A stretch of DNA of 64,000 bases from a virus: IMG/VR virus record IMGVR_UViG_3300041964_000068, positions 1 to 64,000 of that record, one strand, 5' to 3'. The position numbers and the translations under genes were made by a program. Shown one piece after another: positions 31,579-41,525 of the stretch (its first letter is position 1; each line of letters starts with the position of its first letter). Under the pieces are notes generated by a model. That model ran no database searches. It saw nothing but the letters and a program-made list of their open reading frames with translations, and was not told the origin of the DNA.

Positions 31579-31685
31579 GGCTGAACCTACTGATACTAGG
31601 CTTGGCGTCGAACCCTTGAGATTGGCCTCTCAAGGGTTCATTCGTGCTTATTGTAACATAAGCCATACGTAATTGTTAAGAAATG

Positions 31686-32347
31686 TCAAAAACGGCGAAG
31701 GCCGGGCATACCGCCAAACGGAAGCACCGCATTCCTGCCAAAACGCTTCGTGCAGGCGGTGAGGGTCTTGGCGCACACATCCTGAGCCGGATCAAGGGTG
31801 CGCCGATTGTCGATCGTGTATCTTGCCGCCCCTGAGTAAGAACACTCAGCCCCGCGATAAATCCAAGGGCAATTCGGTAGGGCGTGTCGTGCGGGAACTG
31901 ACTCCTCCACGAAATCAATCGGCGCGGCAAGTTCAAACTCGATCGCCTGTCCGGGAATCTCCTGAGTCCGCTGAGAGACAGTAAAGCTGTCCATCGCCTT
32001 GATCGCGGTTGGATCAGCGGTGGGCTGTCCGTCGAGGTATCGCTTGAGGGTAGAGCGCAAGGTGAGCTTCGCGCCCTCAATCCCGCCGTAGAAGTAGACA
32101 AGGCCGGAGATAATTTTGCTCGTGTCTCCTACCGTCAGCCGAGGCCGGGGCAACGAACCTTCCCCGGTGTACTGCAAGCCTTCAATACCGCACTCGATCG
32201 GAATATAGGAGACACCGCCGAAGCTGACGCCCAGGTTATTGCAGAAACTAAACGTCTCGTAGGGCGATGCGGGGTTATACCGGATAACTCAAACAGGATA
32301 ATCTCAGCATCATGCGCGAGAGATTGCAGATCGGCAATAATCGGCAT
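31686..32347 (-). CDS. L: Minor tail protein L, frameshifted
   Basis: IILFEL; LPRPRLTV...YLDGQPTADP; CPWIYRGAECSY...DVCAKTLTACTKRF...LPFGGMPG. Confidence 0.92.
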
Positions 32348-32349
32348 GA

Positions 32350-32685
32350 CTAACCTACCCCCAGGCGAAACACCTGCTCAAACTTGGCCTGAAAGCTCCA
32401 GCCGTTCACGCCCAGCCATGTCCAATTCCAGCTTTCACAGATATAAGCCACGGCTGAACCCTGCACCGTGAACGGCTCGATTCCTTTTCGCGCTTGCAAG
32501 AAAGCTTCAACTGTGGCGCGATCGGTAACGTTGACCGCGACATCCCAAGCCTGCGAAACCGAGTTAATCCCGTCCCGCGCTCTGCCCTCAACGCCACCTT
32601 TGCCAATTTTGTTGCGAAAGTTGGCGGCGGTGAAGCTGATTGAGTTCCCCCAGGTTGGCATCAAAGGAATTACGGGCAAAGGCAT
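32350..32685 (-). CDS. M: Minor tail protein M (Dit-like)
   Basis: PTWG...GGVEGRARDGINS...FLQARKGIEPF...FQAKFEQVF; lies upstream of L. Confidence 0.8.
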   Translation of the reverse strand: MPLPVIPLMPTWGNSISFTAANFRNKIGKGGVEGRARDGINSVSQAWDVAVNVTDRATVEAFLQARKGIEPFTVQGSAVAYICESWNWTWLGVNGWSFQAKFEQVFRLGVG

Positions 32686-32757
32686 GAGTTCGGGTTGACT
32701 TGCGCTTAAGCTGAAGCTAAGCAAAGTCTAGTATCCTGCGGCAGAAGGAAGGACGGA

Positions 32758-33138
32758 ATGACGGAAAATCGTGAGCAGGAGCAAATTCGGGTACTCGAAG
32801 AGAGACTTGGGGAACTAGAAAGAATCACCCTAGAAGATCGAGAAGCAAGGTTTCAGGGCATCGAGCGCAACCTGCGAACGGTTCAGCGGCAGGAGCGGCG
32901 ACAACAAGGCTTACTCCTGAGCTTGGCGGTGGCGACACTGGTCGGGCTGGCGGGGATGAAATATCAGGACGGCAAGTTCTCCTGGTTGTTGGACACAGAA
33001 AAAACGCGAGAGCTAGTTGAGCTTCTCGCGCCAATTGTTTCTACGTTAGGCGTGGGGGCGGGTTTGACGATGGCGGTTCGATCGACCAAAGACCCGAAGC
33101 CTTCAGCACCCGAACCCGCCGAAGACCCAGAAGCCTAA
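32758..33138 (+). CDS. Coiled-coil plus two-TM membrane protein (possibly holin-like)
   Basis: Hydrophobic helices; strong RBS. Confidence 0.55.
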   Translation: MTENREQEQIRVLEERLGELERITLEDREARFQGIERNLRTVQRQERRQQGLLLSLAVATLVGLAGMKYQDGKFSWLLDTEKTRELVELLAPIVSTLGVGAGLTMAVRSTKDPKPSAPEPAEDPEA

Positions 33139-33443
33139 ACCGACATCTTGGCGGGAGATGCCGGGACAACCTTCCACCCCTGCTTGAAAAGATACTGATA
33201 GGCGGCGTACCCCAAAGAATGCGATGCCAGGTTGTCAGTCTGCGGGATCACTCCGGTCTTGGCAATCAGATCAATTTGCAGCGCAGATCTTTCATTGACT
33301 CCCTGCTTCTCCGCTTCCACCGCTCCGGGATGCGTCCAAAACGGCTCCCATTCGTAGGCAGGATCTAGTCGCCAGTGCAGAATCTTGCGCGAGTCGGTGT
33401 TTTCGTATCCCTTCAACGGCTTCCAGCAAAGTTGTCCAGGCAT
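33135..33443 (-). CDS. Hypothetical protein, cyanobacterial type
   Basis: MPGQLCW...ILHWRL...SLGYAAYQYLFKQGWKVV. Confidence 0.55.
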   Translation of the reverse strand: MPGQLCWKPLKGYENTDSRKILHWRLDPAYEWEPFWTHPGAVEAEKQGVNERSALQIDLIAKTGVIPQTDNLASHSLGYAAYQYLFKQGWKVVPASPAKMSV

Positions 33444-33494
33444 ACTTTCTCCTAAGCTTAGGTTTAGGCCAACAGCGAATAAAAAAAACGGGGT

Positions 33495-33761
33495 CTAGAA
33501 TTCGTCTTCAGGTGTGGTTTCCGGCTCCCAGACTTCCAGTAGCTTGCAACCTTGAAACCGAGCGTTGGCAAGCTCTTGAATCTGCTCTACCCAGCTTTCG
33601 CGATCAACAAGTAGCCGGATCTTGATCTGATGGGCGTCGTCTTTGTGTTGCAGCTTAGCATACACAATTCGGGTCAACTCGTCAGGAATCCCCTCGGTGC
33701 TGGGGTGAACAAAGATGATTTGGTGATAGCGGCAGTCGAACGTCTTGATTGCTGTAAACAT
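33495..33761 (-). CDS. Hypothetical protein
   Basis: ATG ORF. Confidence 0.55.
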   Translation of the reverse strand: MFTAIKTFDCRYHQIIFVHPSTEGIPDELTRIVYAKLQHKDDAHQIKIRLLVDRESWVEQIQELANARFQGCKLLEVWEPETTPEDEF

Positions 33762-33792
33762 TTGGTGTTCAAATCCTACTGTTGATGTTGCG

Positions 33793-34152
33793 TTACAAAG
33801 AATCTGGAGCTAGCTCAATCTCTTCCGATGCTTCAGCTAGCTCCTCAATCAAAATCGAAATCCAAACTAGGGGATCTAAATTCTGAGGCATACCAAACCT
33901 TACATCCTGCCTAATCCGTTCTTGCTTGATCTCCTGTTCAATCTCAAGATTTACGTCCACCTCAGACCGCCCCTGCGAAAGCCGAAGATCAGTCAGCGCG
34001 GCGATTGCAGATGCCGCTACCTGAATCAATTCTGTTTCGTAGTTTGCCGAAGTTTGCCGCTGGTAGTGCAAATTCAAGTCCGGGGAATCTCGCACTTCTC
34101 TAGCAGCTTGTCCTAACTCTGAGAGTTGCTTGCTCAATTCTTCAATCTCCAT
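33793..34152 (-). CDS. MazG-like (all-alpha NTP-PPase) protein with permuted motif order
   Basis: ELIQVAASAIA precedes ERIRQD..FG...WISILIEELAEASE. Confidence 0.55.
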   Translation of the reverse strand: MEIEELSKQLSELGQAAREVRDSPDLNLHYQRQTSANYETELIQVAASAIAALTDLRLSQGRSEVDVNLEIEQEIKQERIRQDVRFGMPQNLDPLVWISILIEELAEASEEIELAPDSL

Positions 34153-34519
34153 CAGACCTCCAAGAAAATATCAATGTACTGAGCTTCTTTTGTCGGCGCT
34201 TTTTCCCAAGCCGATTCGATGTGCTGAATTACGGTCAGGTTGTCATCGCGCATAATCCCGGCCTTGACCATTGCATCCTCAACCGCTTTGAACAAATTGG
34301 AGAGGTCATAGCGCCTGTCCCACCCGTAGAACTGCATTGAGAGCTTCTTGATCCACTGAAGGGTTTCTTTCCAGTCCAGGCCGCTCCGCATTCTTGAGCA
34401 GCTTGTCTTTTCCAGTTTCGATAGGCGGGCTTGTAGTAGGCCACGCCCCGGCTCACCTGCGCCCGCTGGCAGGGATAAGGAGGTAGATGCAACCGGATGT
34501 GAATGCGATCGTCAGGCAT
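34152..34519 (-). CDS. rusA: RusA-like Holliday junction resolvase, frameshifted
   Basis: PYPCQRAQV...YRNWK; YDLSNLFKAVEDAMVKAGIMRDDN. Confidence 0.85.
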
Positions 34520-35286
34520 TTAGTTTGAACGGGATCTCTCTGCAATGATTTGCTTGGCGTAGATAAGAGCCTCAATCTTGCGATTAAGCTCGATGCGCTG
34601 CTTTTTCAAGGCTTCAATTTCAGCATCCAGCACACTATCAGCACTTAAAACAGATTCGATCGAGTTTTCAACTTCCTCGAAAGCTTCAGTGTCAGAATCA
34701 TCAGAAGCAGATTTTTTGATGACGGGTTTATTGATTTCTATTCCAGCCATCGCAAAAATAGCCGTGTGATGTGTCGCCTTGATTCTGATCTCATTATTAG
34801 ATCTCCAGCGATATCTTTGCTTCCTAGCAGCAAAAACACAATCGCTTGAGGAGGCCAAAGCGCAACAACCGAGGTTCGCTGAACTTCAAGATGCTCTGAG
34901 ATTCTTTTGAGATGATCCTTGTCTGTGATTAACTCTACGCCCAGCTTTTCAAAATAGTCTCTCAAAAAAGTCTGATAGCTAGACACCCACTTCCGATCGA
35001 GACTGAACACGGTAGCAAGTAGCCCAGGAGTAGTGCAAGGCCGACCTTTGTGAACGATCGTCTTGAGGCCATCACCGCCCACCGCCCGCAGGATATGACG
35101 GGCATACGCAGTTGATTCCTCGTCCATACGAGCCAACTTTACCAGCTTGCCGTTTGGAGGCAGATCGCTATTCATTTGAGGCTGAGAAGATTCTTGAATA
35201 GTGATCTGCCGCCCGTTGCCGTTTGTTGTTTTCTCTTCTGGCTTCAAGAGACTGGAGAGAGACTGCAAGCCTTTGTAGTTGCTCAT
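34520..35286 (-). CDS. Hypothetical protein, possibly KilA/ORF6N-like antirepressor, frameshifted
   Basis: IVHKGRPCTTPGLLATVF...ALWPPQAIVFLL; continues into ORF 34520..34858 (coiled coil). Confidence 0.4.
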
Positions 35287-35629
35287 AATTTAATTCTGTG
35301 AATGGTGTTTTTTGCTTCTTGACCCACTTTATGATCGACTCGTGCTTCCAACTCATTCCCAACAAAAGCAGCATCGAATTAACGATAACCCGCTGATTTT
35401 GAGTAGCCAGCGGCAAGCTTTCCCAACGCGATTCAAGAGTATCGTGCAACTCTTGAAGTTGCTCATCCTCGAACAAGCTCAAGCTTTCAGGAAAGTTTTT
35501 GCTACGACAAAGAGACTGGAAGAAAATATCTTCTTGCGTCACTCCGAAACAGGTCATGTAGATCTGAATCTCGGCAAGCAAATTGATATTTTGTTGAGCT
35601 TTGTTGGAAGCTTTGACTGTGAGTGTCAT
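35168..35629 (-). CDS. Hypothetical protein
   Basis: ATG ORF downstream of a TTGACA promoter. Confidence 0.5.
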   Translation of the reverse strand: MTLTVKASNKAQQNINLLAEIQIYMTCFGVTQEDIFFQSLCRSKNFPESLSLFEDEQLQELHDTLESRWESLPLATQNQRVIVNSMLLLLGMSWKHESIIKWVKKQKTPFTELNYEQLQRLAVSLQSLEARRENNKRQRAADHYSRIFSASNE

Positions 35630-35704
35630 GATGTAAACCTAGCGAAACTACTTGATTTTGTCAAGACAAATCTAGAGACAAGCTTAGGAGTAAGCTGCTA
35701 AAGG

Positions 35705-37222
35705 TTAAAAATCTTCATCGTCTTCAAACAGAGCAGCGTTAATCTCCTCGTCAGACAGCGGTAGCGGGGCTGTGTCTTCTTCTCCCAATACCGTCACCTC
35801 GACAGGAACAGTAATCTCCTCTACCAGTGCGGGCGCAGGCTGAGGACGCGATTGCAGTCGATCGCTCCACTCTGGGCGAGAGCTTTGAGCGAGGTTCCTG
35901 AACCTGCCAAACTGCGGCTCAAACAGTAAGCGTACGGTTCCGGTTTCGCCTGAGCGGTTCTTGAGGTTGATCAGTTCGGCAATGCCGCGATCGGTCGTCT
36001 CAGGGTTGTAGTATTCATCTCGGTACAGCGCCCAAATGTGATGAGCGTCTTCTTCCACCAGTCCAGACTGTCTGCCGTCAGACATCAGCGGACGCTTGTC
36101 GTTGCGTGTTTCAACGTTACGGTTAAGCTGCTGAAGCAGGATGACATGAATTTTGAGTTCACGAGCCAGCGCTACCAAGCCTTTCGTGATCTTGCCTGAA
36201 TCCCTGGTCGGGTCATCAGAGGACTGGAGCATATACTGCAAGTGATCGATGATCAGCACGCTCAAGCCGTTCTCTTCACGCGCCAACTTACGAGCCTTGG
36301 CACGGATGATTTCGATCGTTGAGAACCTATCCGTCACATACAGCGGCAAGCTGGTAATGCGATCGAGGGAAACTAAGATGCGCTCCAGTTCGGGGGGCGG
36401 TACGTTGCCGGATTCGATTTGCTTCGAGTTGATCTGAGCTTCGGTAGAAACCAGTCGGGTGAAGATATCTTCTTCTGGCATCTCCAGCGAGAAGAATGCG
36501 GCTGTCTTTCTCGAAAGTCGAGCGGCGTTCTTCAAGATGTTGAGCGCCAATGCGGTTTTGCCTTGTCCCGGTCGTCCCATCAAAATCGTCAGGCGTCCCG
36601 ACATCAAGCCATTCGTCATGGCGTCCAGGTCGTAGAAGTCGGTCGGTGTTGCCGCAACACTCTCACCGTTAATTCTCTCTTCAAGCTGTGCATACCAGCG
36701 GGTTGCCAATCCCCCGATCATCTCGTCTTCGGCAGCTTCTTGCTGAGTGCAAAGCTGATGCACTTTTGCGTCAGCCAAGTTGAGCGCTTCCTCCAGGTCA
36801 TCGGCCTGATAGCCCAGTTGCACCAATTCGTTGCCGACGCGAATCATCTCTCGGAATCGGAAAAGTTTGGCGATAATTTTGGCGTGGAGGTCAACGTTGA
36901 CCGTACTGAGACAGCGCTCGTGCAGCATTGCAAGCTTTGATCGCCCGCCGACGCGATCCAGTTTCCCGATCGCTTCTAGATGCCTGGAGGCAGTGATCAA
37001 GTCGATCACCTCATCCCGGCTATACATGCCCAAGAGTTCGCGATAGATCTCCTGATGGGCACTGATGTAAAAGTGCTGCGGCTGCAGCACTTCGACCACG
37101 CGATCGAAGCAGTCCGACTGAAATAACAGCGCACCCAGAACGCTTTCCTCAGCCTCGATGTTTTGCGGTGGCAGGCGTTCTTCGGTAGCTCGTGAAAATG
37201 GAACAACAGCAGCGGAGTTCAT
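35705..37222 (-). CDS. dnaB: Replicative DNA helicase DnaB
   Basis: PPQNIEAEESVLGALL; GRPGQGKT; FFSLEM; IIDHLQ; QLNRNVETRNDKRPLMSD; KNRSGETG. Confidence 0.97.
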   Translation of the reverse strand: MNSAAVVPFSRATEERLPPQNIEAEESVLGALLFQSDCFDRVVEVLQPQHFYISAHQEIYRELLGMYSRDEVIDLITASRHLEAIGKLDRVGGRSKLAMLHERCLSTVNVDLHAKIIAKLFRFREMIRVGNELVQLGYQADDLEEALNLADAKVHQLCTQQEAAEDEMIGGLATRWYAQLEERINGESVAATPTDFYDLDAMTNGLMSGRLTILMGRPGQGKTALALNILKNAARLSRKTAAFFSLEMPEEDIFTRLVSTEAQINSKQIESGNVPPPELERILVSLDRITSLPLYVTDRFSTIEIIRAKARKLAREENGLSVLIIDHLQYMLQSSDDPTRDSGKITKGLVALARELKIHVILLQQLNRNVETRNDKRPLMSDGRQSGLVEEDAHHIWALYRDEYYNPETTDRGIAELINLKNRSGETGTVRLLFEPQFGRFRNLAQSSRPEWSDRLQSRPQPAPALVEEITVPVEVTVLGEEDTAPLPLSDEEINAALFEDDEDF

Positions 37223-37260
37223 GTGAGAGGTCGAAGTAACGGAACTGATCTCGTCTTAAT

Positions 37261-37295
37261 CGTAATCCGAAAAAATGTCAAGACTAAATCAAGAT
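37261..37295 (-). promoter_or_regulatory. Class-II promoter motif (shared with 42991-43026)
   Basis: CGTAATC..AAAAATGTCAAGA..AAATCAAGAT; TTGACA-17-TAAGAC on the minus strand. Confidence 0.6.
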
Positions 37296-37307
37296 GGCGG
37301 CGGTCGG

Positions 37308-38543
37308 TTATTTCTTCGGGGCGAACTTAGCTCTAAAATCCTTTCCAAACGACGCTAGCCGTTGTTTCGTCTCTTCCGACACGACACGCTCCGCAGGCGG
37401 CTCAGCGGGCGATTCTGACGGGGTAGGGGCGATGGCTTGAGCGGCGAGGCGTTGTTGAGTCTCAGCGGCCTTACGCTTAAGCTCAAGACCTCTATCCCAA
37501 CGAAGTTCGATCGCTCTCCAGTCGTGCTTATTGATGTACCCGCCAATGCTGTTTTTCGCGTCACCTTCTTCGTGGGGAAGGTTGTACTTCTTCAGATGCT
37601 CAATCTGAGCTTTCACTACCCAAGGATCAAAGTCGTTTCGCTTCTGACCCACCCAAACTTGACCGTACCCCGCCGCTACCAAGTCTGGGTAAGGATGACC
37701 GGGAGTTGATGTTCTCGTCTTAAACCTGTCCTCGAATCGAGCCGCAGAACTGTAGCGAGAATCGTAACTTGTAGTCGGAGTGACTTCGTTTTTCGCCGCC
37801 GCGCCCTTTTGATCACCACAGACAGCCTTTGAACTTGACACGAGAGGAGGTGTTTGTGTGTTGTCGGGTGGGGGAGTATCTTTCGCATTCGGTTCCGGTG
37901 GCTGTTGTTCTGGCTGTTCCAGTTCGGTTGGAGAAAACGGCTGTTCGCTTCTTTCTTTCTTTATTGGAGAACCTTCAGAATGGAGAACCTTAAGAGGGAG
38001 TACCTTTGGGTTATCCCCGTTAACCCCCCCGGTTATCCCCGTTAACCCCCCCCGGTTATCCCCGTTAACCGTCTCAGTGTCGATCGGAGGGTTATCCCCG
38101 TTAACCCCCCCGGTTATCCCCGTTAACCGCTTCTTCCGTTCCTTGCCAGGATTGCCTTTACGAACGTTGCAGTTTTCGAGCGGAGTTTCGGGTTTATTCC
38201 AGCCTGACTCGGTTAGGTGATAGATGTTGACGTGATTCGTGCCGTCTTCTCTCTTGCGAGTTTCTTTGTAAATCAGCCCAAAAGCGATTAGCTCATTAAT
38301 CGCTGCAATCGCCTTGGCCTTGAGCGAAGCCGCAGAGGAGTTCGGGTAGGAACCTCTGAAGCACTGCTCGCCAATGCTGGCGTAGCTGGGGAAAGCGGTG
38401 TTGTTTGTTCCGGCTCTCCTCGCCAGATGCCCGTAGACCCGGAACGCTTCGATCGTCAAATTCAGATCGTCAATATCTGACTTGAGGAAAATGGGAACCT
38501 TGCGCGATTCCTGAAGGCGATCGTTCCCGTTTTGCTCTGACAT
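37308..38543 (-). CDS. Phage replication initiator (N-terminal wHTH, lambda O-like organisation)
   Basis: AFRVYGHLARRA...AFPSYASIGE...AINELIAFGLI...NIYHL; internal iterons; upstream of dnaB. Confidence 0.8.
   Translation of the reverse strand: MSEQNGNDRLQESRKVPIFLKSDIDDLNLTIEAFRVYGHLARRAGTNNTAFPSYASIGEQCFRGSYPNSSAASLKAKAIAAINELIAFGLIYKETRKREDGTNHVNIYHLTESGWNKPETPLENCNVRKGNPGKERKKRLTGITGGVNGDNPPIDTETVNGDNRGGLTGITGGVNGDNPKVLPLKVLHSEGSPIKKERSEQPFSPTELEQPEQQPPEPNAKDTPPPDNTQTPPLVSSSKAVCGDQKGAAAKNEVTPTTSYDSRYSSAARFEDRFKTRTSTPGHPYPDLVAAGYGQVWVGQKRNDFDPWVVKAQIEHLKKYNLPHEEGDAKNSIGGYINKHDWRAIELRWDRGLELKRKAAETQQRLAAQAIAPTPSESPAEPPAERVVSEETKQRLASFGKDFRAKFAPKK
38009..38128. repeat. Five 17-bp iterons (putative replication origin)
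   Basis: GGTTATCCCCGTTAACC at 38009, 38031, 38054, 38090, 38112. Confidence 0.85.
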
Positions 38544-39028
38544 GATTTACTCCTGTTAACTTACTCGTAAGCTGAACAACGCTCGAAAGACTTCTTTTCT
38601 TGCTTGCGCCTAGACAGATTAAGCGCTAAAATAAACGAATCGGAGGCACCACACGCTTCAACAACCAGGCGAGTAGCTTAATTGCTCAGATGCCTTGATT
38701 GCTCGGAGGTGCTGGACTTCTGGGATTGGTGGTAGTTGACTTGCTTTGTAAAAAGGGCGTCGTGACTGTGAGAGGTCAAACAACGGCGCTCTTTTTGTTT
38801 GGCTGTTTTCGCGCTTACCTGTCTTTCGAGCTACCCTGATTCTACCCGACAGATTAAGATTAAGCTAGTCGTCACGGAATGCTTAATTTTGACATGGGAA
38901 AACGCAAAACTCCTATTGCAGCCCTGATTGAAACTGCCGATAATTTCGATCGCTACGGCACGAGCTACCCAGATCAAGAAGCGATCCGCAACAGGCGAAG
39001 ACACGAAAAGCAGAGCAGAGATGCAGGG

Positions 39029-40426
39029 CTAGACTCGGAACTCGATCGAGATCACCTGCCCATCGCGAATTAAGATTTTTGAGATATACAGCCGAAAGGC
39101 CATTTGCAAATCGGTGGGGCTAAGCTGCTTCCAGTACTCTTCTTTCCGCCCCACCCGAATCAGCATTTCCCGCAATTCAGTATTTTCGGGTATCGCTTGA
39201 GTCTTCTTGATTTGAGTGCGTAGCTGGGTAATCTTGCGGGCAAATAGCCCGTCCTCATCGCCCATCTGCGCGATCATGTTTTGGAGGCTGGCGATGTGCT
39301 GCTCCAAGAGTAGCTTTTCGGGGTTCACGTACTCCGCACTGTTGAGGGCGAGAGCGTAATCCGCTAGCTCGATCGACTTTTCACAAAGCTGGCGGATGAC
39401 CTCTGCTTCAACTTCGGGCAGTTTAATCCCCTTGGCGTCACGCTGATAGCAAGGAAAGCTCTCGATCAAGCTTTGCTGTGTGCGGCAGTAGGCGTAAAAA
39501 TAGTGCTTCCCTTTGTATGTACTTCTTGCGAGGGTCATGCGATAGCCGCACCTCTCGCAAATCAGCAGGCTCCGCAGCGGATAGACCACGTTCTGATCGG
39601 CCTTACTGGTTTGGCGGTTCGTGCCCAAAGAAAGCGCGATTTGCTTCTGCTGCGCGTCACTCAGCAGCTTTTCGTCCGAATGAGTGTGGTAGATAATCTC
39701 TCGCCACTGCGCGGCCTTGTTCTTGTAGCTCAGCCGCCCGTAGGGAGTGTGCCCACACAGGACGGGTGAAAGTACCCACCGTGTCAACCCCGCAGGCGTC
39801 CAGCGCTTACCAAGCTCCCTGTCAATAACGCGACAAGCCTCGGTCGCATTTCGGGTTTCTTGCAAAATCTCGATCGTCCGAATCGCATCATCGAGCGTGT
39901 CAGGGTTGCGGCGATACTGATTTTCTATCCGCACATATCCCCAAGGAATCGAGGCGTTCGCGTGTTTCTGATAGCGGGCATATTCGACGCTTGCTCGAAT
40001 GCGCTGAGATAGCTCCCGCGATTCTCCCTCGCTGCGAACGCTGGCGTTGGCGAACTCGCTCCAATCATTCGGGTTGCGAAAGTCGAACGGTCGGCCTTTC
40101 CTGAGTTCGTATAGCTCTATCCCGGTGCGCTCGAATAGCTTCGCCAGCCAGCCGTTCATTTGCAGATCTCGCGAGATCCGGTCAACCCGCAGGATATACA
40201 GGCGATCGATTTGGTTGGCCTCGATCAGTGCTAAGAGCTTCTGAAATTCGGGACGATCGTCCTCGCGTCCCGACTGGATATCGATAAATAGCAGATCATC
40301 ATCCGGCTCAAACCCGTCAGCCACTACCGCCCGCTCCAGTAGAAAAAGCTGCCGAGTTAGGGCATCCTTATCCTTAGCCTGCTCTTTCTTGCTGACTCGC
40401 CCATATCTGGCTACGCGCTTTCTCAT
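39029..40426 (-). CDS. Large serine recombinase (integrase)
   Basis: ARYGRVSKKEQ (catalytic Ser), SGREDDRPEFQKLL, RVDRISRD, recombinase domain, zinc ribbon CERCG...AYC, coiled coil. Confidence 0.93.
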   Translation of the reverse strand: MRKRVARYGRVSKKEQAKDKDALTRQLFLLERAVVADGFEPDDDLLFIDIQSGREDDRPEFQKLLALIEANQIDRLYILRVDRISRDLQMNGWLAKLFERTGIELYELRKGRPFDFRNPNDWSEFANASVRSEGESRELSQRIRASVEYARYQKHANASIPWGYVRIENQYRRNPDTLDDAIRTIEILQETRNATEACRVIDRELGKRWTPAGLTRWVLSPVLCGHTPYGRLSYKNKAAQWREIIYHTHSDEKLLSDAQQKQIALSLGTNRQTSKADQNVVYPLRSLLICERCGYRMTLARSTYKGKHYFYAYCRTQQSLIESFPCYQRDAKGIKLPEVEAEVIRQLCEKSIELADYALALNSAEYVNPEKLLLEQHIASLQNMIAQMGDEDGLFARKITQLRTQIKKTQAIPENTELREMLIRVGRKEEYWKQLSPTDLQMAFRLYISKILIRDGQVISIEFRV

Positions 40427-40532
40427 AAGCTGTAAGCGGAACGGCTCTAGTATTTTATGCTAATTGAGCTTCCCAAGGCCGGGTATCACTACTCAGAAAA
40501 AATAGTGCAAATTTGTACTGAGTAAACTAAGA

Positions 40533-41525
40533 TTGGCTTATATTTTCCCAGTTCAGCAAATGACTTCTCTGCTCTCCACCACTAAAATGCCTGCATCAAG
40601 GCCGAGCAACGTCACTCGATCGCCCGCGCCTGCTCCTTATAGGCTGACCGTCTATCGCATCGTCGAACTTCTCTGTGACCCTACGAATCGCGACCAGCTA
40701 TACAAAGATCACAAAACCAATACTCGCTATAGAGTTGGGTCGATGACCCGCCTCGCGGATCTCTCAGGCGTAGCTAAGAGCGCCTTCGAGCATCTGTTTC
40801 GGAGAAGAGAAGAAGGCGTATGGGTCGAGTTGAACCGCCGTACCCTGATCCGATTGACCGCGTTTGTCAACGAGCTTGACCCCCCGCTCGTTGATCCCCT
40901 TGACCCGGAACGCCGTCCGATTCGCTTCGATCCGATCGAAGTAGACGGCGAACTTTACGCAGGGTGGGAACGGCTCTCGCATCTTCACGCGGAACTGGCT
41001 CCGCCCGAAGAAACGCTGTTGCCCGATCGCCTGCAAAAAAAGCCCGCCGCATCGACGGAAGCCGAGTCGTTTCTGTCACAGTTCCCGCTGTCCCCACAGG
41101 AGCGATCTCGCGTTCTCGATTTTATCCGCCAACAATCTTCGCCCGCTCAACCTGTCCAGAGTGCATCTCAGCCCATCTTAGAGCGAGTTCCTAGCCGGGA
41201 GGATGCAATGCGTTTAAGTAAACTATCCTCGCTGGTTATTCAGCACATGGACTCTGAGCAGACCGTCTCTGTTGAGGACTATGTTGCGAAACTCCTCAAC
41301 GAACGAGGCCATTCGACGCCGCAAGAGAAAAAAACGATAATTTCTGGCCTTGAAGATATTCTTTTCAAAAATAAACTCCCCCAAAAAAGCCCGCTCTTAA
41401 CCTTAAGCCTGCTAGCTGAATTCTTATCAACCGCAGAAGGTGAGCCGTTCGGGGGAGATGTGGATTCGTTGCTAGCGTATTGCGATCTGCCCACTCAGGT
41501 CAGACACTCAAACAACCACGCTTAG
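40533..41525 (+). CDS. Putative transcriptional regulator (HTH-like), divergent from the integrase
   Basis: SMTRLADLSGVAKSAFEHLF HTH-like segment. Confidence 0.5.
   Translation: MAYIFPVQQMTSLLSTTKMPASRPSNVTRSPAPAPYRLTVYRIVELLCDPTNRDQLYKDHKTNTRYRVGSMTRLADLSGVAKSAFEHLFRRREEGVWVELNRRTLIRLTAFVNELDPPLVDPLDPERRPIRFDPIEVDGELYAGWERLSHLHAELAPPEETLLPDRLQKKPAASTEAESFLSQFPLSPQERSRVLDFIRQQSSPAQPVQSASQPILERVPSREDAMRLSKLSSLVIQHMDSEQTVSVEDYVAKLLNERGHSTPQEKKTIISGLEDILFKNKLPQKSPLLTLSLLAEFLSTAEGEPFGGDVDSLLAYCDLPTQVRHSNNHA

Noticed and set aside
38009-38128. Repeat array as a mini-CRISPR
   Set aside because: Repeats are 17 bp with 5-6 bp C-run spacers inside a replication gene; they fit iterons
40504-40519. 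AGTGCAAATTTGTACT as a cyanobacterial LexA box
   Set aside because: Spacing is 2 bp longer than the RGTAC-N3-DGTWCB consensus; unsupported
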